From NCBI GenBank assembly GCA_030167865.1, contig JALAGF010006658.1:1-64000 (forward strand): a DNA stretch of 64,000 nt, in the 5' to 3' direction. Source of the stretch: Craspedostauros australis (taxonomy: Eukaryota). Made by a program: the position numbers and the translations under genes. The number at the start of each line of letters is the position of its first letter. The first letter of the stretch is position 1. Of this stretch, positions 47,560 to 60,563 are shown one piece after another. The notes under the pieces were generated by a model. That model was not told the origin of the DNA and searched no databases. It saw only the letters and a program-made list of their open reading frames with translations.

Positions 47560-49389
47560 ATGACGCGTCTTCAAAGTCAACGTCGACGGTCGCAACCGAT
47601 CCGAATGAAACAAAAAATTCACGACATCATGAAGGAGTACATTGAGAGGTACTACACCGGCAACAATGGCTTGAATGCATCGCGCAGGAGCATCTCGTCG
47701 CGCCATTCCGTTGGGAGCAACGGCTCGGAAGCGAGTGCGACGGATGGCTTTTGGTCTTTGGATGAAGGCGTCACCAGTCGGCTGCATGGTGCAGCTGGCG
47801 ACGACACACGCGTCAATGTGGACAATGAAAGCACCATTACGTTTGCATCCAATGAAATACGAGTACGCCAAGCTACTGCACAGCGTGAACCAGCTGAGTT
47901 CAACGATGGCGATCGTACAGAGACCAGAAGGTCCAACACCAACAACAACACCAACAACGACGACGCTATCGATGCACCGATCAAGGGCACTGAGCGAACA
48001 GCCATGGGGCAGGCAGGGCCCACGAAGGCCAATCATCCGGGCAACGGTCATCCTGTGGATTCAGATCATCAAAGCATGAAACAGCAGCAACAGCGGCACC
48101 CACATGATGCCCTGCCTCCAAGTCACGCCAGGAAAGAAAGAAGCAGCGAAAATGACAGTGAAAGTGAATATGAAAATGAAAGCAACGGAACATCCAGTCC
48201 AAGTGATGAGCTATGCGAGGGATCATTGCGTGATTTGAGCGTCGACAAACAACGCGTCGGAGAATCATCCCAAGTCTTCATCAAGTCCATTTACGGTGCG
48301 GCACAGAAGAGGAAGAGACAGATGGCGCGATCCAGAGATTCTTTGATTGCGAAAGAGGTGAAGCACAGGCTCTCCTTGGAGGGCATGGCCAATGAAAACA
48401 ACGAGAACAACGATCGTGTTGACGAAAACGAGTCTCGCACCGACAGTCGAAACCTGAAGGGATCATACAATGGCACGCTGTCACCAATATCTGTATCGAC
48501 CACATCAACGGCGACGACGGTGATGGCGAGCAACAACCACCACCACCACAACAACAACCAGTTCAAGGCACGTCCACTGCCACGTACGTCCAGCAAACTT
48601 GGAGGAGCTGGACTTGTCGGCGTGCCGAAGGTTGACAGCAGACCAACGACCACTCCATTCTCGCCGCTGCTAGGCAAACGACGTCCGCAGAAGGTCAAGG
48701 TGAAGGCCTTGAAACGACCACCTAACCAGAGCAAGCATTCTCTGGACAATGTTCATGGCAAGCGAAAGACTGTTTCCACAACCACCGACATCACGACCAA
48801 CAACACAAACGTGACGACTGCGAAAACGAATGCGCATGCGCATGTGAATGTGAAGACACAAACAAAGACAACGAAAATTTCAAGAAAAGCACAAGCTTGC
48901 AGCTCTCGACGACGCTCGACGCCTGCAATGTCAGCATCCGCATTGGCTGCTTCAAGGCAAGGCAACAACAAGGCACGACCCGCCAAAGACCGGAAGTCCA
49001 TCCATTTCGGCCTTTCACAGAAGGAACGCACCAATGTTTCTGTCGGTCGCACGAGGCGAATTTCTGAGGTTGCGACTCCCTCACCACGCAGACATCATCA
49101 ATCCATCGAAAGCCCCATGCTACTTGGATTGCGATTGGTGAAAACACCGCAGGTGAGAACCAAGATCCCCACAAGCATCGAGGAGAAGGAGAATAGCTTC
49201 ATCTCCCCCACCAACTCAACCATCAAACCATTCGAACCCAAGAGCACCATCCGCGCACGCCAACGCGCAAAGTTCGATACGCAACGACGTCGATCATCCA
49301 TCCAACGGCACGAGCATGACATGGAAGAGATGAAGCAACGCATCTCGCAGCTCAAGATCGAACTGAAGACCATGCACCAAGGTTTGTAA
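47560..49389 (+). CDS. TPX2-like microtubule-associated protein
   Basis: Long disordered basic protein with FKARPLP, GVPKVDSRPTTTPFSPLL and KPFEPKSTIRARQRAKFD followed by a terminal coiled coil. Confidence 0.55.
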   Translation: MTRLQSQRRRSQPIRMKQKIHDIMKEYIERYYTGNNGLNASRRSISSRHSVGSNGSEASATDGFWSLDEGVTSRLHGAAGDDTRVNVDNESTITFASNEIRVRQATAQREPAEFNDGDRTETRRSNTNNNTNNDDAIDAPIKGTERTAMGQAGPTKANHPGNGHPVDSDHQSMKQQQQRHPHDALPPSHARKERSSENDSESEYENESNGTSSPSDELCEGSLRDLSVDKQRVGESSQVFIKSIYGAAQKRKRQMARSRDSLIAKEVKHRLSLEGMANENNENNDRVDENESRTDSRNLKGSYNGTLSPISVSTTSTATTVMASNNHHHHNNNQFKARPLPRTSSKLGGAGLVGVPKVDSRPTTTPFSPLLGKRRPQKVKVKALKRPPNQSKHSLDNVHGKRKTVSTTTDITTNNTNVTTAKTNAHAHVNVKTQTKTTKISRKAQACSSRRRSTPAMSASALAASRQGNNKARPAKDRKSIHFGLSQKERTNVSVGRTRRISEVATPSPRRHHQSIESPMLLGLRLVKTPQVRTKIPTSIEEKENSFISPTNSTIKPFEPKSTIRARQRAKFDTQRRRSSIQRHEHDMEEMKQRISQLKIELKTMHQGL

Positions 49390-49837
49390 AGGACGATGTA
49401 CTCTGAAGGTAACCATAATCATGAATATTAATATGCACTGTACTTACGTATTCAGTCGTGCACTTCGTTGAGATTTGACTCTTGCTGGTCCAGGGGGAGG
49501 GAAGGACTAAGGATGCTTCGATGATGATCGCGCCGTGTTTTGCAGACTGGACTTAGTGACCTTGCGTGTCTGACTGTGATCCTCCTGATGCTTATTGACT
49601 GAGTACAACTCTGCTACTCGAACTTCGCATGTCTTGCTGAATCATGCAACCTCCAAAAATTCTGCCCGCTGTCCAACACTCTTACATACTCGGACATGAG
49701 TGTCTGTTACCGTACCAATGGCACGATCTTGTAGATTAACAGAAATGCTACACAGCTACGAGTATAGATGGTGCATCGACTCCTGCGTTCTTTCACACTT
49801 GTACGGTCCTGCACACGCGACACCATGCTGCGCTGTC

Positions 49838-51091
49838 TCAAACGTCCAGGAAATCTGGATTGTTGGCTTTGGGAATCGGGTTGTTGCCTTGTCGTTTCTG
49901 GTTGGATCCATTGGCGAAGTTCCTCATCTCGGCTTCGACATCCCGGATAAAGTTGGCGCTGCCGCAGCTGGGCGAAAAGACGACGGTGAGCTTGGGGCAC
50001 ATGATGAGTCCGAAGCAGAAGGAGCGCTCCGGCTTGCCCGCCGATCGTGGCCACAGCCAGAAGGGCGTGCTGGCGACCGAGGTGATGATGGAAACGCCGT
50101 CATCTGGATTGCTCAAGAAGCCGCGGTCGGTGGGAATGATGGGACACACGCTGCAAGTTCCTGTCGAACTTGTCGTTCTCTTTATGTTGATGATCTTATC
50201 GAATGGAACCTCGACTTCGATGTTGCCGATCCAAAATCGAAGTGCGCCCTCGCTAGTGACATCAACGGATCGCACCAAGTTGTACCACACCCATGCAACG
50301 AGAAGGAGATTCGCCACAGTAATGGCCACGACTGTTCCGTGCGCGCCGATTGGCACCGCCGTGATAACCAGAAGAACGAACAAGGCTTCCACAATGATGA
50401 ATTTGACCTTGAAGGCTAATGTTGTCGTCATCAATAATTCGCATCAATTGGTTGCGACAATGCAGGGTCGAATTGCCACACCGAAGTTGTTTATGCCAAG
50501 TTGAGGACGCCATGGTTCATCCATCGAAATCAGTAGAGTATGTATTACATGCGGGATGGTCCGAAGGAAACCGAGTTCAACCGAGAAGGAGAGCATTGTG
50601 TAGAAGCAAGCAAAGGCGATGTGAGAGGTGTGTTCACGATTTTCCAAACAGGACGAATGGCAGGGCTCGCTCATTCAAGCTTAGATACTCATAGATTCCA
50701 CCTCGCCATGCGTTCAAGAAATACGATTCTAATGCTCTTGCCATCGTCTGCGTCATACACCGAGCAATGATTGCGCTCCGCATCTGCATCTGCAGAAACG
50801 CAACTTGAATGAGCCAATGAATGATAGTGTTGCATGGTACGTACAGAATGAAAACGGTGATGATTGGAAGGAATGCAAGACGCTGCCATCATCCGTGACG
50901 TAGGTGAGAGTTTGCGATATCAACAGCGGGTCCTCGTCAACCAGCTGGCTGGGGTCCACCATGTCCCGTGATCTCGTTCGCTGCATTGGGTCGCCGGGTG
51001 GTATTCCGTTGTTGGTTGTGTCTTTGTTGCTGTGGAGGCTGGTGTTGTTGCTGGTGTTGGGGTCTGCCAAAGGAGCGTTGTCAGCCGTCAT
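49838..51091 (-). CDS. Two-TM membrane protein with a bacterial PH-like domain (exons 51091-50845, 50415-49838)
   Basis: A phase-1 intron GTACGT..TAG gives SPFSFSFKVKFII; two TMs followed by VDVTSEGALRFWIGNIEVEVPFDKIINIKR...VVFSP..SANFI. Confidence 0.65.
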
Positions 51092-52622
51092 TGTCAGTCC
51101 ACGGTATCAGTGTCCTGGGGAAAGGAAGAGACGAATCGGACTATGGTACCAACTCGAGCTCTTGGCGGATTGAGATTGAGATTGGTATCGTATCGTATGG
51201 TATCGTATCTTATGGTATGAACAAGTACGGTACTGGCAGGGATGCGATGGCTTCGTCCTGTTTTGGTATTGATTGCCCGTGCTGGTTGGCGTCTTTCCTG
51301 ACCGCGTTCCAGTCTCCCACGTTCGCTCGTCTTGCAGAAAACGAATGAAGCAATGCAACTCCTGCGTTCGTCTGAAGTGTTTTCGGTATGATGGGGCAAG
51401 CAATTGGTTGGTTGGTGTGCGTAACAGTAGACTTTGTGGCTATCAAAGCAGCACGCTTGGACATGAACAATGCGCAAAGAAGGGAAACCATGAAGCCAAA
51501 GAAGCCAAGGAGGCCAACGACGGACACGGAATCCATCACACACCACGCATCGCCTCCATTTTCCCTTCGTTCACATTTGTCTCTGCGGTTGTCGCTGTGT
51601 GTGTGGGTGCCTGTACCACACGATTGCCTCGCGCAGCAGCGCCGCAGTGACTACTCCGCTTCATCGTTTCGCCCAACAAAGACACAAAACGCACGTACAC
51701 GAACACATCGAAACCGATTCGATATAACCGTTGAAACGCCAATCGAGCCGGCACACCAGAGTTTGAAATGCGGTCGTTCACGACTCGTCTGACATGCGTC
51801 AAGTCTTGCAAATACTCATGTTGTGAGCCTGGCTGTGACTCCGGGTGTGCAGTTTGTCAAACCACCAATCAAATGGTGAGAAAGATACCTGTTCAATCAG
51901 AACACCGCGTGGGCAAGCAATTCACCGAAAAAAGATACCCTTTGTGTAGACTCTACGTTCGCTTGTACCACATCAGAATGCAAAGATCTCTGCGTTCCTT
52001 GAAACGAGTTTGATGTCGTTCTCTTGTCCACTCCTCAACATGTGACCCTGTTGGTTCGAATCTTGCGTCATCGGCGTGCTCGTTGCGTTTACTGTGGTTG
52101 GCCAGCTGCCTCGTGCATGTTCACCATCTGGCGAAACGAAAGATCCAATCAGGGAGGGAGTCATGAGTGCGGGGTGGCCAAGGCGAAGGAGTGCCATCGA
52201 GCCTTGCAGAACGAAGACCCAGGCTGGTGGCTGTGGTGATGGCAATGAGAAGCACGCTGCTTTGTGCACGGTGCTGTTGCGGTCGCCGCCCACCCACCCA
52301 ACAACAGGCATCACCATGCCTCTTTCGCCAACACATCAGCGAAGATCGATGCAGGCAGAGCACGGGTATCTCGTGTGGGCACGATGCGATACGACACGAA
52401 CAGCCGCAGCTGCGAACTCTGCGTGCCTCTCTCGGCCGTGCTTCGCAACAGGCACTGCAGTCGCAACAAGAGTCAGTTCCAATAATAACCACGACAATTG
52501 CACATCACCAACCCATCAAAAAGATAGAGCAGCTCACACATCATTGTCAATACCAATAACCACAACACAAACAGCAGCCAATAGCAAGCAATAGCAACAA
52601 ATAGCAACACATAGCAACAACC

Positions 52623-53336
52623 ATGAAGCTCACTGCCGCCATCACCCTCCTCACTGTCGCCTCTGTCTCGGCCTTCGTGCCACAGCAGCCGAGAGCCTTC
52701 GTGCGCCCGGCTCTGCAGATGGCCGATGACTCAGCCCCAGAGTCAGCCACCAAGGTCGAGACGCCAGCTCCAGCTGAGCCAAAGGCCGAGGCCAAGACAT
52801 CCGCCCTCGTTCCAATCAAGGAGGAGACCATCGAATTCACCGCCGGACTGGTCGGAGGAGCCGCGGGTTTCATCATCGGAGGACCGGTCGTCGGAGCCAT
52901 CACAGCCGCCGCCGCCAACTACGTCTCCAAGATGGACAACGACGCCAGCGGCCTCGTGACCTCCGTCTCCAAGTCCGCCATCGAGGTCTACAACTACCTC
53001 CTCGGCCTCGATGACAAGTACAAGCTCCTCACCACGGCGCAGACATCCCTCGAGAGCGCCGTCGACAAGCTCAAGTCCCAGAACTCCGTCGATGAGAAGG
53101 CCGTCAAGAAGGTCGAGGACGCCCTCAGCTCCACCAAGCAGAAGATCGATGAGGTCAACGACGAGTACGACCTCGTCGGCGCGGGATTCACAACCCTCGG
53201 AGTCATCGGAGACCTCGTGGAGCAGACTGTCAACAAGGCCAGCGAATTGAACGAAGAGTACAAGCTCACATCGAAAGCCAAGGAGGCCCTTTCCGGAGCC
53301 GTCGACAAGGCCAAGGACGCCACCAAGAAGGCATAA
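52623..53336 (+). CDS. Plastid-targeted hypothetical protein with a Gly-rich membrane segment
   Basis: MKLTAAITLLTVASVSA-FVP; GLVGGAAGFIIGGPVVG; very strong C/G-ending codon bias. Confidence 0.85.
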   Translation: MKLTAAITLLTVASVSAFVPQQPRAFVRPALQMADDSAPESATKVETPAPAEPKAEAKTSALVPIKEETIEFTAGLVGGAAGFIIGGPVVGAITAAAANYVSKMDNDASGLVTSVSKSAIEVYNYLLGLDDKYKLLTTAQTSLESAVDKLKSQNSVDEKAVKKVEDALSSTKQKIDEVNDEYDLVGAGFTTLGVIGDLVEQTVNKASELNEEYKLTSKAKEALSGAVDKAKDATKKA

Positions 53337-54910
53337 ACAGGTAAGGTACGCCGCCGTCCCCGCATCAACTCAAACTCCTACTACTTCTCTTACTACTACA
53401 TCAACGACAACTACGATGACAAAACCAGCACCAGCAACAAGGGCACTTCCATGCCCCCGAGTGTTTGCGCTTGTACGAGGACGAGTACTTAGAGCATGTT
53501 GATGCGGAGACTGGGCGGATTTGGCAGGAGGTGGGTGTGCGTCTTCACTGCGCGTTGATCGTTGAATGCGCATGTGGGGTCGGGACATCGCCATGTGGAG
53601 CTGTCCAGATCTCTGTCTACGAGCGCATACAAGTAGACAGAGATGTACTCTAATTTGGAAAAAAAAACAGTCCACCTCCCTGCGTTCCTCGCGAACAGCT
53701 GCCAGTAATTGTGTCAGCTTCCTACGGTACCAAGAGGGCTCTGTTTCTCCTTTGGCTCTTCCTCCACGAGCGTGGACCACAACTGAGCAGAGGGAGACAG
53801 CATCCTTCGACGCATCATGGTCCACGAATACAGTGAACAACCAGCACTCTGCTACACATTCTCTACCGAAACCTGTTTCACCGAGGCGGTTCCAATCAGT
53901 GGTAAATGTATATACCATAAAACACACATACTATATGCATACCTACACATACACATTACTGCCACTATATATTCCAACTCCTCACAAGAACCACTCAGCG
54001 GCAATATTGACTTGGAGTAGTTGTACGTCCCATGGGTACTGTTAGTTCCTGGCTCCAAGGGCACATGGGAGAGCAGCACATCTGTCCCAATACCAGTATT
54101 GCGACTGTGCCCGGCTGCTAGACCGAAGGAAGAGCCTGTGACGAAGGCAACAAGGCGAACCCGAATGCAATCTTCGCGTGAGCAGTTTAGATTGCACTGC
54201 CAATTGGTAGGTGCTCTGCGGATGTTAGGTGCACTTGCAATCGTGTGTAGTCGTTGCAGAGGATAGGAGAACATGTGAAGGTGAGAGTCTTCCCAAGCCA
54301 AGCAAGGTTTATGAAGGTGCGTACCTCGAGATAGAGAGATCTATGGTCGCACAAATCATTGGCGGTTAACTTCCTCCTCTTGGAGTGTTGGCGCTCGTGC
54401 TGAGTGCGGTTGGTCGTCGTGTGGAGTAGACTAACCTGTGTTGGGTTTCGGTAACAAAATCGTCGCTGTTTCTTGCCTGTTGCGCTCTCTGCGATGGTCA
54501 AAGAACAAAGCAGATCTTCCAACAAAAGTCGCGGTAATTACATCTGAACCACAATTATGTACACATGTATTTTGTTCGTTGTTAAGACAACCAATAATTA
54601 GGCTTCTATTTATATCGCCGCAGGCACCACTACAATCAATCCTGGAGGGAGAAAACACGCAACAAACGAGACACGAGACATGACACGACACGATACAACA
54701 ACAAGGCCACGATCAGAAACCAAATCCACGCTGAACACGGCCATCTCTCTACATCACTTGCGGTCGTTTGCGTCCCATTCTCCCATCCGTCCACCCACTG
54801 GCTCTCTGCATCCAGCACAGATCACATCAAGCCGCCACAGACATTCCCATCATACAATAGAATACAATACAATATAATACGTCAAGGAAGCATCCGCCAA
54901 CCGCAGCACC

Positions 54911-56835
54911 ATGGATATCGAGGCCTACATCGACCGGTACAGCGGCGAGACCAAACTGCGGCGGCTGCTGTTCATCGCCCGTCGATGTGAAGACAGGGAA
55001 CTCCATGCCACCGTGTGCGCCAAGATCGAGGAGCATCTGCGGATCAATGAGAATGTCAAGCAGTTCAAGGAAATCGCCCACAGCCACGACGGTAAGTACG
55101 GATTGCAGGGATGTGACATTTGAGCATGTTGGGTGGGTGGATGGGTGGATGGATTGGGATGGATTGGATTCAGTTGGAAGAGGAGGCATCGCCGTCGGTT
55201 GCAAGTGATTTGGCTCCACGTTCTGCAACCATCGCATCTCCGTCTTCTCCTTTCAAACTTGGGTCTGACCACACAATGCTTCTTTCCCACCGTAATCTGT
55301 TCTCCTCGCCACGATGCTTCGATGTCGTTGATGACATTGATGGCGCTGGTCGTGTTGCAATATCTATCTCGACACCGGCACTAATGACAACAACAATAAC
55401 AACAACACTGGCAACACTGGCAACACTGACATTGCGTCATGATCACGATGGCACAAACATCACTCAAGTCATGGCGATGTCGGGCCAAGCCGGCGACGAC
55501 GACGATTCAGCCTGGAAGGGCACCGTGAAGCTGGAGAACGATCACGATTGGGAAAGCCAGACGGCGGCCGCCAACAAGAAGGCGCGGCTCGTGCTGCAGG
55601 GACGTTTGGCCAGCGCACAATCCAACATCAACAAGGAGGCCATCAAGACCGCCTATGTTGCGCTGGCACAGCACAGCGCCAAGACCGGTGCATTGCAGGA
55701 GGCCCTATCCCTGCTCCTGCGTGCCACGGATTACTGCTCGTCACGACAGCAAACAGCCCGCATTTCCTTATCCATCCTGGAGCTCGCTCTCAATTCGCAG
55801 AGCTTCGGTCATGTCTGCGAGTACGTCCGGTACATCGAGTACACTTTGGGTTTCCTCAAGAATACCAACAGCGGAGATAAAGGACAAGGAGGCGGGGATC
55901 ACGGAATGCCGCCGTCGCCATCGTCGTCTGCGCAGCAAGGGATTTCAGAGTCGTCTCCGGAGTACATCGCATCCAAGATGAAGATTGCTTCCAGTTTGGA
56001 GAGACTTGCACGCGGCGACTACGAAGCGGCTGCCAACACCCTCTTCGAGCTGGTGACGTCCTTCCCTTCGGAGCAATGGACGTGGCCCACGGTGATCTGT
56101 GCTGAAGACGTCGCTCTGTACACAGCACTGCTGTGCTTGGCGACGCAGGATCGCAGAAAGATCGTTCAGCTGACGGAGCATCCCGAGGCACTGGAGCTGG
56201 TTCCCGCAGTCAAGGAAACGCTGATCCAATTCACAAGAGCCAATTACAAGATGTGCTGCAAGCCATTCCAGGCTGGAGGATCGCCGGACAACCCCTTTGC
56301 TCAAACCAACGGCATCACGCCCGCCTTGGACATCTACCTCTCCAGCCACTGGGATCGTCTGTGCGGGTTGATCCATGAGAAGTGCATCGTGGAGTACACG
56401 CAGCCATTTCAACGCATCAAGCTGGATCGTATGCAGGCCGAATTCCCCGTTCCAAATCTCCGAGCGATGCTGGTTCGGCTCATTGCGCGCGGCCTCTTGC
56501 CTGGCGCTCGGCTGGATCTGCGCGAAAACATCCTGGTCCGATCCATGCAGCAAACCAGCAGCGACGGGGAGAACGAGGAAGCCGAGAGCAATCTGCGCCA
56601 CAGCGTCGCTCAGACGGAGTGCTCCGTGGTGGATGCGACGTTGGCCTTAGTTGTTCGTCTTGCTTGTGACGAGACTGGGGCCAGCGTGTCGAGCAACTCC
56701 ATGCGGCGTCGTGGGCAGCGACACAAGGGTAGTGGCATGGCGTACATGGGACGAGATCGCATCATCGATGATGAATATGGCGACAGTGACACACCCATGC
56801 TGGACTTTCAACAGAACCCGGAGGAGGGCATGTGA
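54911..56835 (+). CDS. CSN1: COP9 signalosome subunit 1 (exons 54911-55091, 55469-56835)
   Basis: DIEAYIDRYSGETKLRRLLFIA, KEAIKTAY, RATDYC, EDVALYTALLCLATQDR, DIYLSSH, PCI domain ending GARLD; phase-1 intron GTAAGT..AAG. Confidence 0.9.
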
Positions 56836-57410
56836 AGAGTAGTCGCATTATTGGTATGATGGACCATAAGGCAACAAATCGTGGCCACAAAGTGAGAGGT
56901 AGAATCGATTACAGAATATAATCAGACCACAGTCTGGTACACAAACTTTGCCTCCGCTTTACCGGCGAGAACCAAACACAATAGCGAAACGCACAACAAT
57001 CCGCACAAACGCACGTACTCGCAGTTTGTTGTTGGTGAATTTCGCACTCTACTTCAATCGCATGTGTTACGTCGCGTTCTTCTTCATTACTCCTACGGGT
57101 ATCCTTATGTTCCTTGCTTTGCAGATCTCCTCTTTGTGGGATTTCCTCCCCAATCTGTCCGATCTCATTCCGAGTATTGTATTCGTACGGTTGCTCAATC
57201 TTCATGCGTCCTGTGGATTCATGCATCGTGTGTGGCACATGCCCATGGTATGAGTGGGCATGCGTGGCGTTCCGTTTGCATGTCATTTTCTACGCAATGC
57301 ATGCATGCATGCACATATCCACGTTTGTAGGTAGAAATGCGCCATTGTCGACTTTGGTGCACCATCTTCAGCGAAGGCGTGCTAGCGGGCGTCGATACTG
57401 CTCGAGGAGT

Positions 57411-58181
57411 TTACCATCCATCGTCGGCCTCCTCCGCAATTCGCTTCTTCTCTTCCTCCGTCATTTTCAGATCCTTCTCATCCGTTCCACCGGACGCCTT
57501 GAGGGCAGCCTCCAGCTGATCCGTCAACGATCCAATGTCCGCAACGGAGCTGACCTCCACATCCTCCATGAGCATACCGGAGAGCTGCGTGTTCATGTTG
57601 TCGGACAGACCGCTGCCGCGCTCCTTGGCACGTTCCCCCTGCTGTTCCGTGAAGGCGACCAGACCGATGCCCGCCACCAATCCGGCGATGCCGATGCCGG
57701 CACCCATGAGGTAACCATCTGTGTGGGAGGAAAAAGTGAGGCAACAAAGGTTCGTATTGTTGTCATCAAATTAGTTTGTAAAGTGTTTACGTTCCGTCCA
57801 TGGCGTATTGTCACGTGAGGGGCACAGTACACAATACACAAGATGCAACAGAAACCGAGAACATAGCAGAATGGAATGTGTGAGCACAATGGAATGGAAT
57901 GTATTCGATTCGTGAGCCAACCACCAATGCGTGGCGACAATGAACTGATGAATCTGACAAAGCAAAGCCGACAAAGGACGCATCGCAACCGTGGTATTGG
58001 TCGAACGTTCGAATACAGTTGACGCACCATCGATCATTTTCAGCTGCGAAGAGGAGGATGCACTTTGCTGAATTCCGAACGCCGCAGATGGACGGACACC
58101 ACCCACGAAGGAGGATGTGAATGCTTCGCATGTGGAGACTGCACTGAGCAGGAGCAGCGATGACGTTGTTGTGACCTTCAT
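57411..58181 (-). CDS. Small plastid-targeted single-TM protein (exons 58181-58028, 57718-57411)
   Basis: Signal + CEA-FT + transit peptide ending QLKM; a phase-1 intron GTGCGT..CAG gives IDDGYLMGAGIGIAGLVAGIGLVAFTEQQGER. Confidence 0.8.
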
Positions 58182-59050
58182 GATGTGTGTGTATGTATGT
58201 GCGTGGATGGATGGATGGATGGACTGTGTCTTACTCTATTCGATGCGACAAGAAAGTATCTGAGACTGAGAGTGGCGACAATCGAGAATGTTGTTTGTGG
58301 AACCTGTTCGAATTATGATTCTTGCGACGGAGCAGTGTGGGTGGAGTTAGATTCTGCAACAACAGGAAAAGGCGCGACGATGACGGTGGCGACAATGCTG
58401 ATCAGAACTCCTCGCGATGACTGACACGGCCAATGTCAGCAAACATCTCAACAGCACAGCGACCTGGATCAACCACGAGAGATGATGACGGTGGCCACGA
58501 TGGTGATGATGATGGTTACTTGATGATGTGTTCTGTCGTCACTCAACCCAACTCGATGCGTGTTGTTCAAGGTACTGAAACAGTGCCTTATTTTGCCAAT
58601 TCACACACAACCAACCAAAAACAGACAGGTGCCAAAGAGAAACTGAGCAGATGGAGACATCAACGAAACAACGCACACATCAAAACAGAAACGAAGCGAC
58701 AACCAACAGAAAAGAAGAAAAGACGCTCCGATCAGGAAGCAGAGGAACAACCACACACTTGGTGCTGGAGAACGAACAATCGCAAATGCCAGTACTTCGC
58801 CATCTGTGTCAACGATAACACCCTGCCCTGGCTGTCAATGCACGTCATCTCACAACATCACGCACAGCATTCGAATCCTCTGGCATCGTATCATCGCATC
58901 ATTGCAGATCGGACAATCCCCACACACTGAAGCCCAGACGAGACGGCAGCAACAAGCGTGACAGCAGCGTGGCAGAAGCTTGACAACGGAGACTTTCGAA
59001 GCGACATCAACATCACTTCTCGTAGCATGACAACCACAAGATCATCCACA

Positions 59051-59812
59051 ATGCGATTGAGCACCATCATCATCGCGATCATCGGTGCCTGTTGGATCAA
59101 CGCCAATGGCGCATCGGCTTTCGTCCCACAGATCGCCCAGCGCTCACTCTCACAGAACCAACAGAAGCAGCAGCAAGTGTTGCAGACCAGTTACATAGAG
59201 TCACATTCGCCATCCCGGGTCATTCTCCACGCATCTGGTCGATCCTCACCTCGGTACAGCCGCCAAAGCCAGGACCGATCCAAGCGTCAGGAACGTGTCG
59301 GACAGCTCGTGCGCGTCGAACTCGGCAGAATCCTCCACACCGGCCTCATCAAGGGAGACGCGGAAGCGCTGGACGTCGAGCTGCGGCAACGCATCAGCAT
59401 CATCAGCGTCGATGTGTCGCCCGATCTGCGCAACGCCCGCGTTTCCGTATCCGTGCGCGACCATCTGGAACGCAACGCCGCCGTCGACAAACGCCGCGCC
59501 TTCGCTTGGCTGGTGCGCAACGTCAAACCTCTGCGCCACACCCTGGCGCAGCGCATGTCCCACATGAAGGCAAGCCCGAATCTCAGCTTCGTCCAGGTCG
59601 ATGTCGCGGCGGCCGTGGATGTCATGTACCTCATCGACAAGGTGGCGACGGGCTACAAGCGCAAGCGCATCGGAACGTTCGGAGACAATGACAACAACAT
59701 GCCGCGCGGGTACGTGTCCGACATGGACTTTGATGAAGACTTTGAGGATGACGATGATTGGGACTTTGAGGATGTCGATTTTTTCCAAACTGATGCTGGC
59801 AAGCAGGGTTGA
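59051..59812 (+). CDS. rbfA: Plastid ribosome-binding factor A
   Basis: Signal + ASA-FVP; RQERVGQLVRVELGRIL, SVDVSPDLRNARVSVS, LRHTLAQRM...PNLSF. Confidence 0.92.
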   Translation: MRLSTIIIAIIGACWINANGASAFVPQIAQRSLSQNQQKQQQVLQTSYIESHSPSRVILHASGRSSPRYSRQSQDRSKRQERVGQLVRVELGRILHTGLIKGDAEALDVELRQRISIISVDVSPDLRNARVSVSVRDHLERNAAVDKRRAFAWLVRNVKPLRHTLAQRMSHMKASPNLSFVQVDVAAAVDVMYLIDKVATGYKRKRIGTFGDNDNNMPRGYVSDMDFDEDFEDDDDWDFEDVDFFQTDAGKQG

Positions 59813-60563
59813 GAGCGGTGCAGGGGAGGTGCATTGAAGAATCAGATGGATTGGAACATGCTCACTCGTGCATACGCGTACAATTATGAAGAAGATGGTG
59901 GTGATGATGGTGGTGATGATGACAGGCAGACAACACAATGGTCCACACCGCTCAACAACGATTGCTCCCTCGCAAAGGGTGAGCGTTCTTTTGGACGTTC
60001 GGTAGCCACTGGGTGGAATGGAATGAACGCAGGAAACACGAAAGTCTTCTGGGCGAGGATATGATGTGCATCAACGTCATGACTGGGCATCGCAAGATAT
60101 GCCGTACTGTGTTGCATGCAACTGTGATGAAGACGGAGCATGTGACGGCTGGGCAAACTGAAGGGAGACCATGGATAGAATTCGGTTGTTTTGTTCGAAC
60201 ATCGCTTGGCACACATACCATCGATCGTACAGTACCATACAATCAAATCATCTTTCTGCAATCAAGAACTTGCTCGTACTCAGCTCGACCTATCCATATT
60301 CATAATGATCACTGTTGGGACCACACCAGCACTTTGCATACAAGTCGTGAAGCAGCGCAGGAATACTGTGGAAAATGTTTGTATCTCGTGCACACTTTGA
60401 CATCGCTCCACACGACGAGCATGCCGTGCCATACTCATCGACCACATTCCAGGACAAGGTATGACTGGAAACTACTGGTACTCGTATACGAGTATGGCTG
60501 TAACGGGTATGTTCGTCGAGTTTGGTATGGTATGGTATAGTATCGGTTTACGACGACATTGGT

